Source of the DNA: Lenisia limosa | Lineage: Eukaryota; Protista; Breviatea | Assembly: GCA_001655205.1 (NCBI GenBank) | Contig: LPNZ01007654.1 | Coordinates: 6,662-70,661 of the forward strand | Reading direction: 5' to 3' | Length of the DNA: 64,000 nt | In this document: positions 15,001 through 30,055 of the stretch, piece by piece | How the letters are laid out: every line of letters starts with the position of its first letter | Numbering within the stretch: the stretch's first letter is position 1 | The notes under the pieces: generated by a model | The model's database searches: none | Told to the model about the DNA's origin: nothing | The model's input: the letters and a program-made list of their open reading frames with translations, nothing else | Translations under genes and position numbers: made by a program

Positions 15001-18000
15001 TCTAGATGATCCTCGATAAAAATATTGATAGGCCGGAGGGAAACCTTACACACTACAAATATAATCATACCTCTTCAGGATTGGCCTCATCATCTTCCTC
15101 CAGAAAATCATCCGCTCCAGGGGCTGTGAATGTGAACACAGACAACCATACGTATGGTATGATATACTATGTGTTAATATGACAATCCCAAGACCCCCCA
15201 TGCAAACCGTTCTCCAGAACATCCTCGAGCGCTACCCCTGAAAATGGTCAAAATTGTGGTAAGAAATATGTGGATGTCCCCCGGGCTATCTCAGTACATA
15301 CCTACAGGCGCGTCTTCGGTATCATCAGTTAGCTCGGTGGAGGAGCATGTCAGAACCAAGCCAGCTGAAACTGCAGAGGAGGAAGGAGTAAAATTGGAAA
15401 ATTCATCAAACAAAAAAGCCCAAATCAAGGAGGGGAGGGGGGGGGGTCATAAAACAAAAGACGATTGATAGACACTCTACTGTTGTTACATAATGCTATG
15501 GTGGCAGAGATCATTCATACTTGAGTTGGACAGGAAGCTGTAAAAAGCAGGTCCGGTGGAGTGAAGCGCCACCAGCACACAACAAAGGGCCTCCAATGAT
15601 CGGAACCTTAATTTGCGACTTACTCCTGGGGGGGGGGGAGTAAATAAACCGCAATATCAACATAAATATCAATCATAACAGTAACGTTATTTGGACCAAA
15701 ATTACAAGGGCGCACTTGGATAGAGGGTAAACAAGATGCCAGTGAGGCTTTCAAGCCCTGCCAAAGCCCCTGCGTCGATTGCTGAAGAGTCCAACGCCGA
15801 TATCATTCCTACAACGTAACAATCGTTACCCGACCAGTAAAATGGATTCTTAAACGTAGCTTTGGCCAGCAGGAAACCCGTACCTGCCAGGCCTCGGAGG
15901 AAAGGTGACAGATGGATGACGCTGTCTTCAACCTCCTCTAGTCGGCCATTGAATAGCCGGTTGCTGGGCGTGTGAAAAATAAGGGGGAAGGTAGCTGGAA
16001 ACAATTCTTGTTACTATTTTTAAAGAAGCTTTATCATCATTATGTTCAAAGGGTTTCGATAACAAGTGCCAACCTGAGTGCGAAAAGCGCCTGTAGATCG
16101 GATTGGAGTCTGGCTTCTCCCTAAAAAGTCAGAACCGAAAATATAGCCCCTTAGAACCCGCCATCTCACCTTCAGGATATAACCCTTAGAACCCGCCTCA
16201 CCTTCAAGATATAGCCCCTTAGAACCCGCCTCACCTTCAAGATATAACCCTTAGAACCCGCCATCTCACCTTCAGAACCAGTGTAGCTGGGGACAATTTG
16301 CCGTATCCTCTGACCGCGACAGCCACGTGAGTTCGGTCCGAAGATTCACTGTATGTGTGCAGCTGGTACATAATCGTATCGTATACCTAATAGTTAGCAT
16401 AACGTGCGATAAAGGGTCTATAATATTACAGTGTTCCTGTCATACTTCCATATTCTTTTTGTTGTCCTTCCCTCCTGCAACAAGGGTGTCTACATGCATC
16501 AATGTGCAACGATTTGTTCCCCAAGCAAAAAAAGCCAACCTGAAAGATGTACCATGAAGGCGTCTGTGGCTTCCAGTGCAGTATTTCGTAACTTCTGGTT
16601 CTTATGGGTTGAAAGTCTGTACTGTTACACCAGCAACAACTAAACATACGAGATCAATTCTTTGGACAGTTCAGTTGCCTTGGAACAAAGTAATTCGGCA
16701 AAAGCGTCACTATGATTGGCAATCAGATTTAGCAGCGCAATGGGAGCAGAGTAGCGACTCAAATTTGACGTGGCTATGTTGTGAGTTGCGAAATGACACC
16801 CCACATGGAAGGCCAGTGACCATGGCTTTGAAGTAAACCTTCAGTGTATTCGACTCCTTCAATTCTAAACCGTCAGCAATGTCCAAAGTTGTTTCAATNN
16901 NNNNNNNNNNNNNNNNNNNNNNNNNNNNNNNNNNNNNNNNNNNNNNNNNNNNNNNNNNNNNNNNNNNNNNNNNNNGTGAAACACGCCTCTAAAATGTGCA
17001 GATCAGTGTCGCGGGTGGGGTCTTCCATTTCCTTCTCCAGCATCAGAACCAAACGCCGCATCAGCTGAAACGGTTAATGTTGGTACAACAAGCATACATA
17101 GTGTATAATATGAAACCTAAAACCATAAACTATCTACTATAATATGATATGTATACATGTATTACTATGAGCATAAGACTTGATAGACAAATCAAATTAT
17201 TTTTATCTAATAGTTTTACATATATATATCTGAAGAATATTCCTTTTGATAATATCTTACAATTTTAGCAATTTATAATTCATCTCTTGGTATATGGGCA
17301 TATGAGTCTGATTTTGTTTTATATTATTGAGTAAACGTATCCTTCAACTACCACACCCAACCAACTCTCGGAGCTAGAGTGTCCGCAAAAGAGTCCGGAA
17401 AAGTAGCGACGATGGTGGCCATAGCGCTCAATGCCATTCCCCGCACGGTGCTTCCTAAAGTGGCTCGGTTCGAGAGACCTTCCATTCTAATTGCCTGTTA
17501 GGTTCTCGTGTCGATAGATTGGGGCTTGAGTTTGCAATGTAAATTTGCTAACTCGTTGTGAACCGCGAAATGCTTTAGTAAATAGCACAATACCATAAAT
17601 ACATAAAGACCCGATCGTAAGCTAACCGTTTGTACATGTCCGGAACTTTAAGTTCGTCAGCGTTGGCTTTTGACTGGCAAATCTCAAGACTCTGTCATCC
17701 AAAAATTAATTCAAAAATGAAACAACAACACGTTTCTCTTTTGAAAAAAGTTTTCTACTTGCACCAAATATACCCTCATCAATAGCTCCACGAACCCATA
17801 CCTTGATGACCACTGAGATCATTGCGGACAGAGCAGGCTTGGATTCCTCTTGAAATGTCAACAGGTTCAGCTCGTTCTAGGCCATCAGTACAAATACAAT
17901 ATTTCAAAAGTATAAAGGTTTTATCTAGACGAAGCCGTCCACACTTTCACATTTTTAATGATATGATATTAATTAGAATAAATGGGGAAGGTAAACAATT

Positions 18001-18515
18001 CCCTTATACCCCACCCACAAATATGACAGCACATTGGGAGGAACTGAGTTTTTTGTGTGTATCAAGGAAGTCACAGAGAATCTTACAAATCTCTGTTCGC
18101 CCCTGTTGATGTAAGATTTTAAAAACAAATTGGGTGAGAGCTCATATTATTTATAGTAATGAAAGAAAGAAAGCAGAGTAATTATGTATCAGAATGTAAC
18201 TGATAGAAGAATCACCTTGGCATTCACTTTGTCTGATATCACATTTTTGAGAATAACAAACACTCCCTTCTGGGCATTAAGAAGCAAACTAAGAACAGCA
18301 TCTAAATGATGAATTGGTTGCTTTTGCTTATGTAAAATTCATTATACATGGTATAGGGGGAGTAGCCCACCAAGATTCTCAGTGCAGGAGTTGACTTCTG
18401 CCCCCAGAGTGCTGACGTTTTCAATGAAAACAATGCCATCATTAGCCGATGCCACGACGTCAACAATCCTGTCTAAGGACTGTTGCACCCTGGACAGTGC
18501 GAGTGTGGTCGACAT
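1..18515 (-). CDS. PRKDC: DNA-dependent protein kinase catalytic subunit, multi-exon; N- and M-HEAT regions present, FAT/kinase part lies beyond the left edge
   Basis: Spliced exons are collinear with human DNA-PKcs. The start MSTTLALSRVQQ is at 18515. Matches: NLSRYSAPIALLNLIANHSDAF (human [22 protein letters not shown]); STNDAGRRVFAASLLDEFIKWAIKQ (LRDFCGRCIREFLKWSIKQ); KSPIQVRNLLRQIKSLSAHPTAKAKLGAATAVNKIYRSFR ([40 protein letters not shown]); KWFIANIIVKLSEYFKPYAKLW ([21 protein letters not shown]). Introns are GT-AG, and some exons fall in N gaps. Confidence 0.95.
1868..1967. mobile_element. ~100-bp MITE, copy 1 (subfamily CACTTCGGTT)
   Basis: TA-GTGCTTCACTTCGGTTCGAAAA...TTTTCCGAACCAAAGTGAAGCCC-TA. 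Imperfect TIRs of ~25 bp, with the core ATAAATCCTCGAAAACTATCGATATTTT shared with other copies. Confidence 0.85.
2341..2455. repeat. Intronic tandem repeat, 38-bp unit x3
   Basis: AAACCCAGGACAACAGAGCACTSTGCAATTAGGGTTC(A) repeated three times. Confidence 0.9.
3335..3423. repeat. Intronic tandem repeat, 30-bp unit x3, next to MITE copy 2
   Basis: AACATGGAGGCAAGCCAAACACCAGATAGC x3. Confidence 0.9.
3428..3527. mobile_element. ~100-bp MITE, copy 2 (subfamily CCCTAYGGTCC)
   Basis: TA-GGGCTTCCCTATGGTCC...GGACCGTAGGGAAGCCC-TA, with the same core. Confidence 0.85.
8333..8430. mobile_element. ~100-bp MITE, copy 3
   Basis: TA-GGGTTTCACTTCGGCTCAATAAAAGACTG...CAGTCTTTTTCGAACCTAAGTAAAACCC-TA. Confidence 0.8.
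9849..9948. mobile_element. ~100-bp MITE, copy 4 (best-preserved TIRs)
   Basis: CA-GGGCTTCACTTCGGTTCAAAAAAAGA...TCTTTTTCGAACCGAAGTGAAGCCC-TA. Confidence 0.88.
13372..13470. mobile_element. ~100-bp MITE, copy 5 (core inverted relative to copies 1-4)
   Basis: TA-GGGTTTCCCTACGGTCCAAAAAAG...CTTTTTTGGTCCGTAGGGAATCCC-TA. The core reverse-complements to GATAAATCCTCGATAAGTGTCGATAC. Confidence 0.85.
14981..15048. mobile_element. Degenerate, internally deleted MITE, copy 6
   Basis: TAGGAATTTCCTAC...ATCCTCGATAAAAATATTGAT...GGAGGGAAACCTTA, resembling the family ends and core. Confidence 0.55.
16141..16275. repeat. Tandem repeat, 32-35-bp unit x4, each copy containing a 5' splice-site context
   Basis: CCCTTAGAACCCGCC(ATC)TCACCTTCA; on the minus strand each unit contains GAAG|GTGAG. 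Confidence 0.9.
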
Positions 18516-18764
18516 GACGCGACCTCAAAATGGGAACAACTTCCCCTATCTGTTGACCAGTATCTTAATAACCAATCAAGATATTCCAGTTTTGTTCTCT
18601 TATTATACTATATTATACTATTAACAGTATTTCTACGCTAAGAGGCGAGAAAAGGGAAAAACTGGGCCAGCAAGCAAGACCAACAAAAAGGAATTTGGAA
18701 CCCCAGTACCCGGGTCATATAAAAAAAAATTCGATGGTTAAAATTTCAACGAGGATCATTCAAA
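18516..18764. promoter_or_regulatory. Probable bidirectional promoter (DNA-PKcs / NDK-ankyrin)
   Basis: About 250 bp separate the divergent start codons. Confidence 0.6.
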
Positions 18765-21105
18765 ATGGGTTGTAACGCATCTAAGAAAAAAGAAAACAGG
18801 TAAGAACGACGAGACGAAACCTTTATGTTTCAGAAACGGAGCCGCTGTCCAAAGAGGCCCTGGGGAAGGAATCGAGGGTTTGTTTACTTATAGCTTTTTA
18901 CTTATCCTTTTCAGAGGATGCAAACCAGGAAAGAACCCTTGTGATCATCAAACCAGATGCTGTCGCCGCTGGTTTGAGGCTCTCTTGGCCTCTGAATGCC
19001 TATTCTTTAACCCCTTTTATGTCATTCACCACTTAGGACACACTGATGCAATCCTCCAAAGAATCGAAGAGGAGGGCCTTGAGATTATCGAGAAGAAAAG
19101 TGCCACTGTTTGAGGGGCTGTAGCCGCTTAATTGGGGGAGGGGGGTCAATTTATTTTGATATAGTGGAGGGTAGCGCATGATTGAGTTCAAATCATTGGG
19201 ATTATTTTTGGNNNNNNNNNNNNNNNNNNNNNNNNNNNNNNNNNNNNNNNNNNNNNNNNNNNNNNNNNNNNNNNNNNNNNNNNNNNNNNNNNNNNNNNNN
19301 NNNNNNNNNNNNNNNNNNNNNNNNNAAAGCCTTTCTTCAACGATCTTTGCGAATTCATGACCAGGTAAGGATGGGTGATAGCCAAAGGGATATCTGACCA
19401 GGAAATGATGCATCTGCTGATGAACTAACAATCTTAAAGTGCGTATTGTTTTTCTTTATGTACCAGTCAACCTCCGGATCTTTATGATCCTACTTTCAAT
19501 AGAGACTTTACTGCAAAAGGCATCTTGTTGTAGCTTAACCAATGCCTCTTCCTCACCTTGTAGTGGCGAGTCAACAGCCGTTGTAGTGCAGGGAGAAAAC
19601 TCGATCCAAAGATGGCGTGACCTCATGGGTCCCACCAACAGCATCACTGCCAAGGATCAACACCCTAAGACGTAGGAAACCTTCGTTTATATCATGGCGG
19701 ATTCATCGAGATCGACTTCTGGAATTATTTTGACAACTCCAGTATTCGTGCCCTTTATGGTCTTGACGGATCCAAAAACGCGGCTCATGGCTCGGATAGC
19801 AAGGCCTCTGCTGAGAGGGAAATCGGCTTTTTCTTCGGCTTCAATGCGGGTTGGCGGAATCAAAGGCTACATGTATTTGGTAGATGTTGACAATATTTCA
19901 CAATTGGGGGGTGCTTGGAGGTGGGGTATTAATTGTCGCAGTATTCAGCCCTTTTCACCCCTGCAGAGCCCGCAGAGCCCGTCATTGACGAGCAACCGAC
20001 CTCCATCTCCGCCGCCGCGGCCCAAGGCAACCTTGAACTCGTCAAGACCTTCTTGGAGGTATCTCATCGCAATCTGAAGAGTTAATTCATGTTTTAGGCT
20101 GAAGAAAACCGTACTTCGACCAAGCTTGGCAACAGTCTGTGTCTTGCAGCCCGATCTGGTCATGCTGACGTCATCGCCGCTCTCTTTGAACACGGTGAGA
20201 TTGGTTAACTTGATTACATCATCTATTGCAATACCATACCAATAATTGTAATTTGTACATGCTTTTTTTTTGTTTTTGTTTTTTCATGTTTTTTTTTTGC
20301 TTACTCGCTGCAGACTTCGACATCAATACCAAGGCCTTCAAGGGCATGACCGCTCTGCACGAAGCAGCTAAAGCCAACCACCTTGATGTTGTCAAGGCCC
20401 TCATTGCAAAGGGTTTGCAGGGAGCATCTTGGATACGCTTTAACCCCCCAGGAGTTGACGCCTCTCTGACCAACGCCAAGCAAGAGACGGCTCTGCACTT
20501 GGCGGCTCGTGCTGACGCTTCCGACGTTGTGTCCGCCCTCTTGGAGGCTGGCGTCGACAAAGAAGCCAAGAACGTTGTATGCAGGAGCGGGGGCTCTGTC
20601 TTTCCTTGACATTTGTTCATCATCATTACACCCCCCACCCTACCTGATTTAGTTTCAGATTTTGGTTATACATATATTATTATGAACAAGAGGAAATATA
20701 TCCATTAGAAATCAAGGGAAACAAATAAAGACATAAGGATACCCTAAATAAATTACTATACGTGATTATTACATTTACGCCATCGGAATTTCCTTCGTTT
20801 TACCCCCCCCCCCCCNNNNNNNNNNNNNNNNNNNNNNNNNNNNNNNNNNNNNNNNNNNNNNNNNNNNNNNNNNNNNNNNNNNNNNNNNNNNNNNNNNNNN
20901 NNNNNNNNNNNNNNNNNNNNNNNNNNNNNNNNNNNNNNNNNNNNNNNNNNNNNNNNNNNNNNNNNNNNNNNNNNNNNNNNNNNNNNNNNNNNNNNNNNNN
21001 NNNNNNNNNNNNNNNNNNNNNNNNNNNNNNNNNNNNNNNNNNNNNNNNNNNNNNNNNNNNNNNNNCTGTCAAGAAGTTGTCAAGAAGCAGAAGACAACCA
21101 GTTAA
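18765..21105 (+). CDS. Nucleoside diphosphate kinase fused to C-terminal ankyrin repeats, with an N-terminal MGCNASK acylation motif
   Basis: Exons give MGCNASKKKEN..ERTLVIIKPDAVAAGHTDAILQRIEEEG..KPFFNDLCEFMTSG..RWRDLMGPTNS..SIRALYGLDGSKNAAHGSDS..EREIGFFF. An in-frame spliced join (GCG G|AG CCC) leads into ISAAAAQGNLELVKTFLE, GNSLCLAARSGHADVI, GMTALHEAAKANHLDVVKAL and ETALHLAARADASDVVSALL. The last exon follows an N gap, so the end coordinate is approximate. Confidence 0.88.
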
Positions 21106-21246
21106 TTAATTATTATTGATTGATAGAATTTGTTAGGTAGTTGTTAAGTGGCAATAAGGTTTGTGGTGAAGATAGTTCTACCTTTAAGCTTACCCCCTCC
21201 ACCATCTAGTCGTCAGTTGCAATAATATTGAATATTAACATTAATT

Positions 21247-25802
<4,556 letters not shown>

Positions 25803-26118
25803 CAAAGCCATCTCAATACTATTTTTTTTTTTGTTTCTCTGATTTATTTGAATACATTTCGTCTTCTACGTGCCAATGTACCAATGTACCAGGTGCTAAA
25901 TCTGTGTCCATCTTTCTGTGACACAAAGGCAACTCAAAAGCAAAATTGGTGTAATTGGTTCCCGTGGCCCGGGCTACCCTTCAGGTAGACAAAAAGTAAC
26001 ACGGGCCGGATTAACCCAGAGCTGCTGGGAAGAAATTGTCGCAAAATGAACTGAATTTGTAACTGATCTTTGTGATCCGGGTAAAAAAAGCAAAAAAAAA
26101 ATTGAATCATGCTTTAAT

Positions 26119-26149
<31 letters not shown>

Positions 26150-26230
26150 TTATACACATATATGCATTTTTATAAAGAGAGATAACTCACTTTTTTTTTT
26201 GTTGAACGAATTCTTGACTAACATCTCACG

Positions 26231-27586
26231 ATGAACTGTGCTTTCGGGTAAGTTTGATGCTGCTATAGTCATAAAAGCTAACTTTTTTCAAAAATGTTAC
26301 TCTTTAGTATTCACGAAGGAGCTTTCCATGTTGGGCGAACTGAGCTCTTAAACTTTGTCAATGAACTTTTACAGACCAACTACACCAAGGTAGTCTCTCT
26401 CTTGAAATTCAACATTTTTCATAACGATCAGGTTGAACAGTTTGCCAGTGGAGCCCCCCATTGTGCCATCCTTGATGCAGTTTTCCCAGGTATGGAGTAA
26501 TTATGAGCCGCATGGAAGCACTAGGCTGATTAGTTCCGTTCTTCCCCATCGCCCTACCAAATACTGTTACGTTGGCAGCAGTCTATATGAATCCACTTTG
26601 TTCACCTTATAGGAGTTTGTTATACTATATAATGGAGCTTTCAAGTAAAATAGGGATGTTTCCTTACTTAGATGTGCTTTCTGAAAGGACATACTTTGAT
26701 ATCCCCACTTTTCGCCTCCTTTTGCAATCTTTCTTTTTTGGAAGTTCCTTTGCCAAAACACGATTTATACTCTCATCCATCCCAAACAGGCAAAGTACCC
26801 CTTCAGAAAGTGAAGTTTGACGCCAAGCACCCTTATGAATTTGAGAAGAACTTCAAGGTTCTCCAGGCTGCCTTCGACAAGCTCAACATTTCAAAAGTAT
26901 TCATCAAATATGTCCTTCCATTATGGACTGGATCTATGATATACGAGAATCAAGTTACGTTTCTTTTTGGCTATATTTCTTGTGATCTGGTTGATTTTGA
27001 CCACACAGCATATTCCTATCGATCTCCTCATGAAGGGCAAATACCAAGACAACCTTGAATTCTTGCAGTATGCGAGGCTGCCGTCGTATTTTATTCGTTC
27101 ATATTTTGACTATTCTTGGTCAAAGCTTTCAGACTGAAATCTTTTTCAGCGGATATGAATAGTTTTTAAGTTTACCCCTTTTTCATTTGATGCTTCCTTG
27201 CAAAAACACATTGGTGTTGCCAGTCTTATTGCCTAGATGGATGGTGCGCTTCTACAAGATGCATGCCGCCGAGAACCCCGAGTACGACCCCATTGCTCGC
27301 CGCTCTGGTGCCAAAACTGGCTTCGAAGTAGGCTATCTTGACGTATCTGATTAACATGATAATTAATGACCGTCCTCCCTCTGTGTTTTGTTGGAAGTGT
27401 TTTGCCATAATGCTTCCTCTTTTGGCCAACATTGAAGAACTCCACAGCCACCAAAACTGACCCCCTCTCCTCAGCCCACCACCAAGTCGAGCCCCAAAGC
27501 TACAGCCCCCGCCAAAGCCCCGGCTAAGGTGACACCACCCACCAAGGCCCCCACTGGTTAGTTCTCCAAAAACTCCATTGTTTTCT

Positions 27587-27617
<31 letters not shown>

Positions 27618-28268
27618 TTTTTTTTTTGTTTTTTTTTAAAAAATAACAATGATTTACACAACTGCTGACTAAGTAGCGCGTAAGGCAGCCACGCGTTCCA
27701 GCGCCTCTCCCAAAACTTCAACAAAAGGTATGGCCTGTCGCTCTGATAGTTGCTTCTCTGATGACAGGGCTCTTCAGCTTCATGGCGTTTAACGGTACAG
27801 AAGTTCAAGACCTGAAGGCACGAGTTGCAGAGCTTGAGGAGGCCTACGAGGCTTCCAAATCTGAAGCCGAATTCTATCTTGGAAAGGTTGGCCAAGCTGA
27901 GTTTGGGCTGCCTTTCACGTTATGGCCTCATTGGTGCTGATTGAAATAGTGTCGTGACGTTGAGATTCTCTGCCAAACCCACGAGAACCCTGAGAACACC
28001 ATCATCAAGAGCATTCTGGAAATCCTCTACAAGGTTTGCCATATTGCAGATATTTGGGCTTACCCATCTATCATTCTATTTTTTTATACTATTAAACTTT
28101 ATTTTTATTTACCCGTTTGTTTGGAGTTTCAGATTATTCGGTTCGTTTTACCCCCCAGCATCTTATAATATGAGTATTCCTTCAGAATAAGTAGCTTCGT
28201 TCACCCGCCAGGTTGATGATGACGGTGAATTTGTCGCAGTTGAAGAGGACGGCATGACTGCCGAGTAA
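26231..28268 (+). CDS. EB1: Microtubule plus-end-binding protein EB1 (CH domain + EBH domain)
   Basis: CH domain: AFHVGRTELLNFVNELLQTNYTKVEQFASGAPHCAILDAVFPGKVPLQKVKFDAKHPYEFEKNFKVLQAAF, then KGKYQDNLEFLQWM. A Pro/Thr/Lys-rich linker follows. EBH domain: EAEFYLGKCRDVEILCQ..ILEILY. The protein ends VDDDGEFVAVEEDGMTAE*. Confidence 0.95.
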
Positions 28269-28450
28269 CCCCCCCCCCCTAGTCCGTTTTATGTCACTCC
28301 TCCCCCCACACGTCTGATGTATCCCCCTATTTATTGACACTGTCAGTTTTCATCACAAGGGTCGTTAACATCTTATTGATAACAATTGGTTAATAACAAG
28401 ATCAGCTCCAATTAATACCGTCCACTTTGGCGGCTTGTACGTTGAGGCTA

Positions 28451-29699
28451 TCACCTTCGATGGATTTTTAGTTCATCCCAGGTCGTTTCGGGGTCGATTT
28501 CTCGGCTAAAATCATGAACATAGGGGGAGGGGGGGAGGTAAGAACTATATAAATTAATACTATATGATATATAGTATAAAAATAAAGTAATACTCACACT
28601 TTATGACTTGCAACAAGGCGGTGGGGATTATCAAAAATTGTCTATTTGTCCAACTGGCACATGATTCTGAACCACAACCGATGAACATGGAATCTAGCCA
28701 GTAACGAGATAATTGGCCCCTCACCTAAACACCAGGTCCCTGGACTCTAACAAGACAATTTCCGCTGTGGTGTAGATCTTAGATCCAGTGACAAGATGGC
28801 CTCCAAATGTCTGACCAACTCCGTTGGATATTCTAAGGATTTAGAAGATTATGATAACTTTTCGAGTGGTTGCATTGTTACTGCCACCTGTACTTTGCAT
28901 TAGTTGGTTAAAGTCATCTACTATCTATTACATAGTACATATCATACAACATGTAATTGTATATTAGTATATCATATAATATCATAAAAGTTATAATAGA
29001 GATTTTAAAGCAAAAAAACAAAAGAGAAGTTTGGAATCAGTTTTAAAAAATTCAATGATGTGGACGGCTTCAAACTCATAATATATATCCCACTTACGAA
29101 TGCATTAGCCCACTTACGAAATGTGGATATGAGGGCCGTCCGGGCCAATCGTTCCTGTCAAAGAGACTATTTCAAAAGGTCCTAAATGGAGATGACGAAC
29201 AGTTCACAGAATGAACCCGATCTTGAGCAAAGTAGCCCCCTACCAGTTAGAGTGGTCAAGTCTGTTTGGTTTGCAAAACGGATCCTGGCCTCAGTCAAAG
29301 ATCCAACACATGTGGCAACGGCAGCGGCCTGCGGTAATCAGTTCGAGAACACAAGTGCAAACACTCATCACATTTATGTGTCCCTCGCACTTTGAAGCCA
29401 TGCTTCCTGACCGTGTCCACAATACCCTCCATTAAGTCCTCTCCAGGGTGCAATCTGATTCCGAGGGATTTCGTGTCTACTAAATGAAGCTTGTAGTGAA
29501 TTTATAGGTTCGTACTTGTGTTGAAATAAGTTCAATTTTATTAAATAAGAAAGTCACAGTTGAATTGCACAATTATGAATGCTCAAACAATAATCCACCT
29601 CCTACAAGACACATATCCTCCATCATTTGTACTAGTGACCACCTGGCAAAAGATTGCAACGATCAGAAGCAGAACAGGAAACGTAGACAAATGCCACAT
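28451..29699 (-). CDS. Stand-alone PPC/DUF296-domain protein with a predicted signal peptide
   Basis: Exons give MWHLSTFPVLLLIVAIFCQVVTS, GIRLHPGEDLMEGI, AAAVATCVGSLTEARIRFAN, GPFEIVSLTGTIGPDGPHIHIS, GQTFGGHL..IYTTAEIVL and REIDPETTWDELKIHRR*. These are canonical DUF296 motifs (RLxPGxD, GSL, FEIxSLxG, HxH, GGH). Confidence 0.9.
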
Positions 29700-30055
29700 C
29701 TTGATAGGCAAATGAATTTGAAGAGGGATCAATTATTTCTGCTGTCTACTATTTTTATATTTTATAATTACACTTAGTAGTTTTTTATGGAGGGTGGAAG
29801 GGGGAGGAGGAGGAGACAAAGGAACTCAAAAGGAGGAAATAACTGGGGGTGCGCTGTGGTAGAAAAGTACTATGGTAAAATTGCTCGGAGAACTCTTCAA
29901 TAATCAGGTTTAGAATATTTAATAATATAGATTGTAGTGCTTAATTAACTGACCTAGCAAAAAATTCCCTTTTTGTAACCGCTCTTCCATGTTTCCTTCC
30001 CTTGCCTGACCGCGAAACACATGTGACAAATAAAAAACACTCAGACCAAGGCAGC
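29700..30055. promoter_or_regulatory. Probable bidirectional promoter (PPC protein / Sec3)
   Basis: About 356 bp separate the divergent start codons. Confidence 0.55.

Noticed and set aside
1868-15048. MITEs as introner elements that create whole introns
   Set aside because: The element ends do not coincide with splice sites; the copies sit inside larger introns.
16655-16690. Possible GC-AG intron in DNA-PKcs (AAG|GCAACT)
   Set aside because: Reading through and using a downstream ~33-nt GT-AG intron restores the alignment (..ELIS LSTHKNQKLRNTALEATDAF), so no non-canonical donor is needed.
26055-26075. TGATCCGGGTAA resembling part of a TPP riboswitch
   Set aside because: The CTGAGA motif and the remaining P4/P5 sequence are absent.
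27590-27637. (CT)n/Tn tract, with similar (CT)n at ~42794 and (AT)n at ~26121
   Set aside because: These are ordinary microsatellites or polypyrimidine tracts.
29186-29435. + strand ORFs of 69 and 74 aa
   Set aside because: They are antisense to PPC/DUF296 exons.
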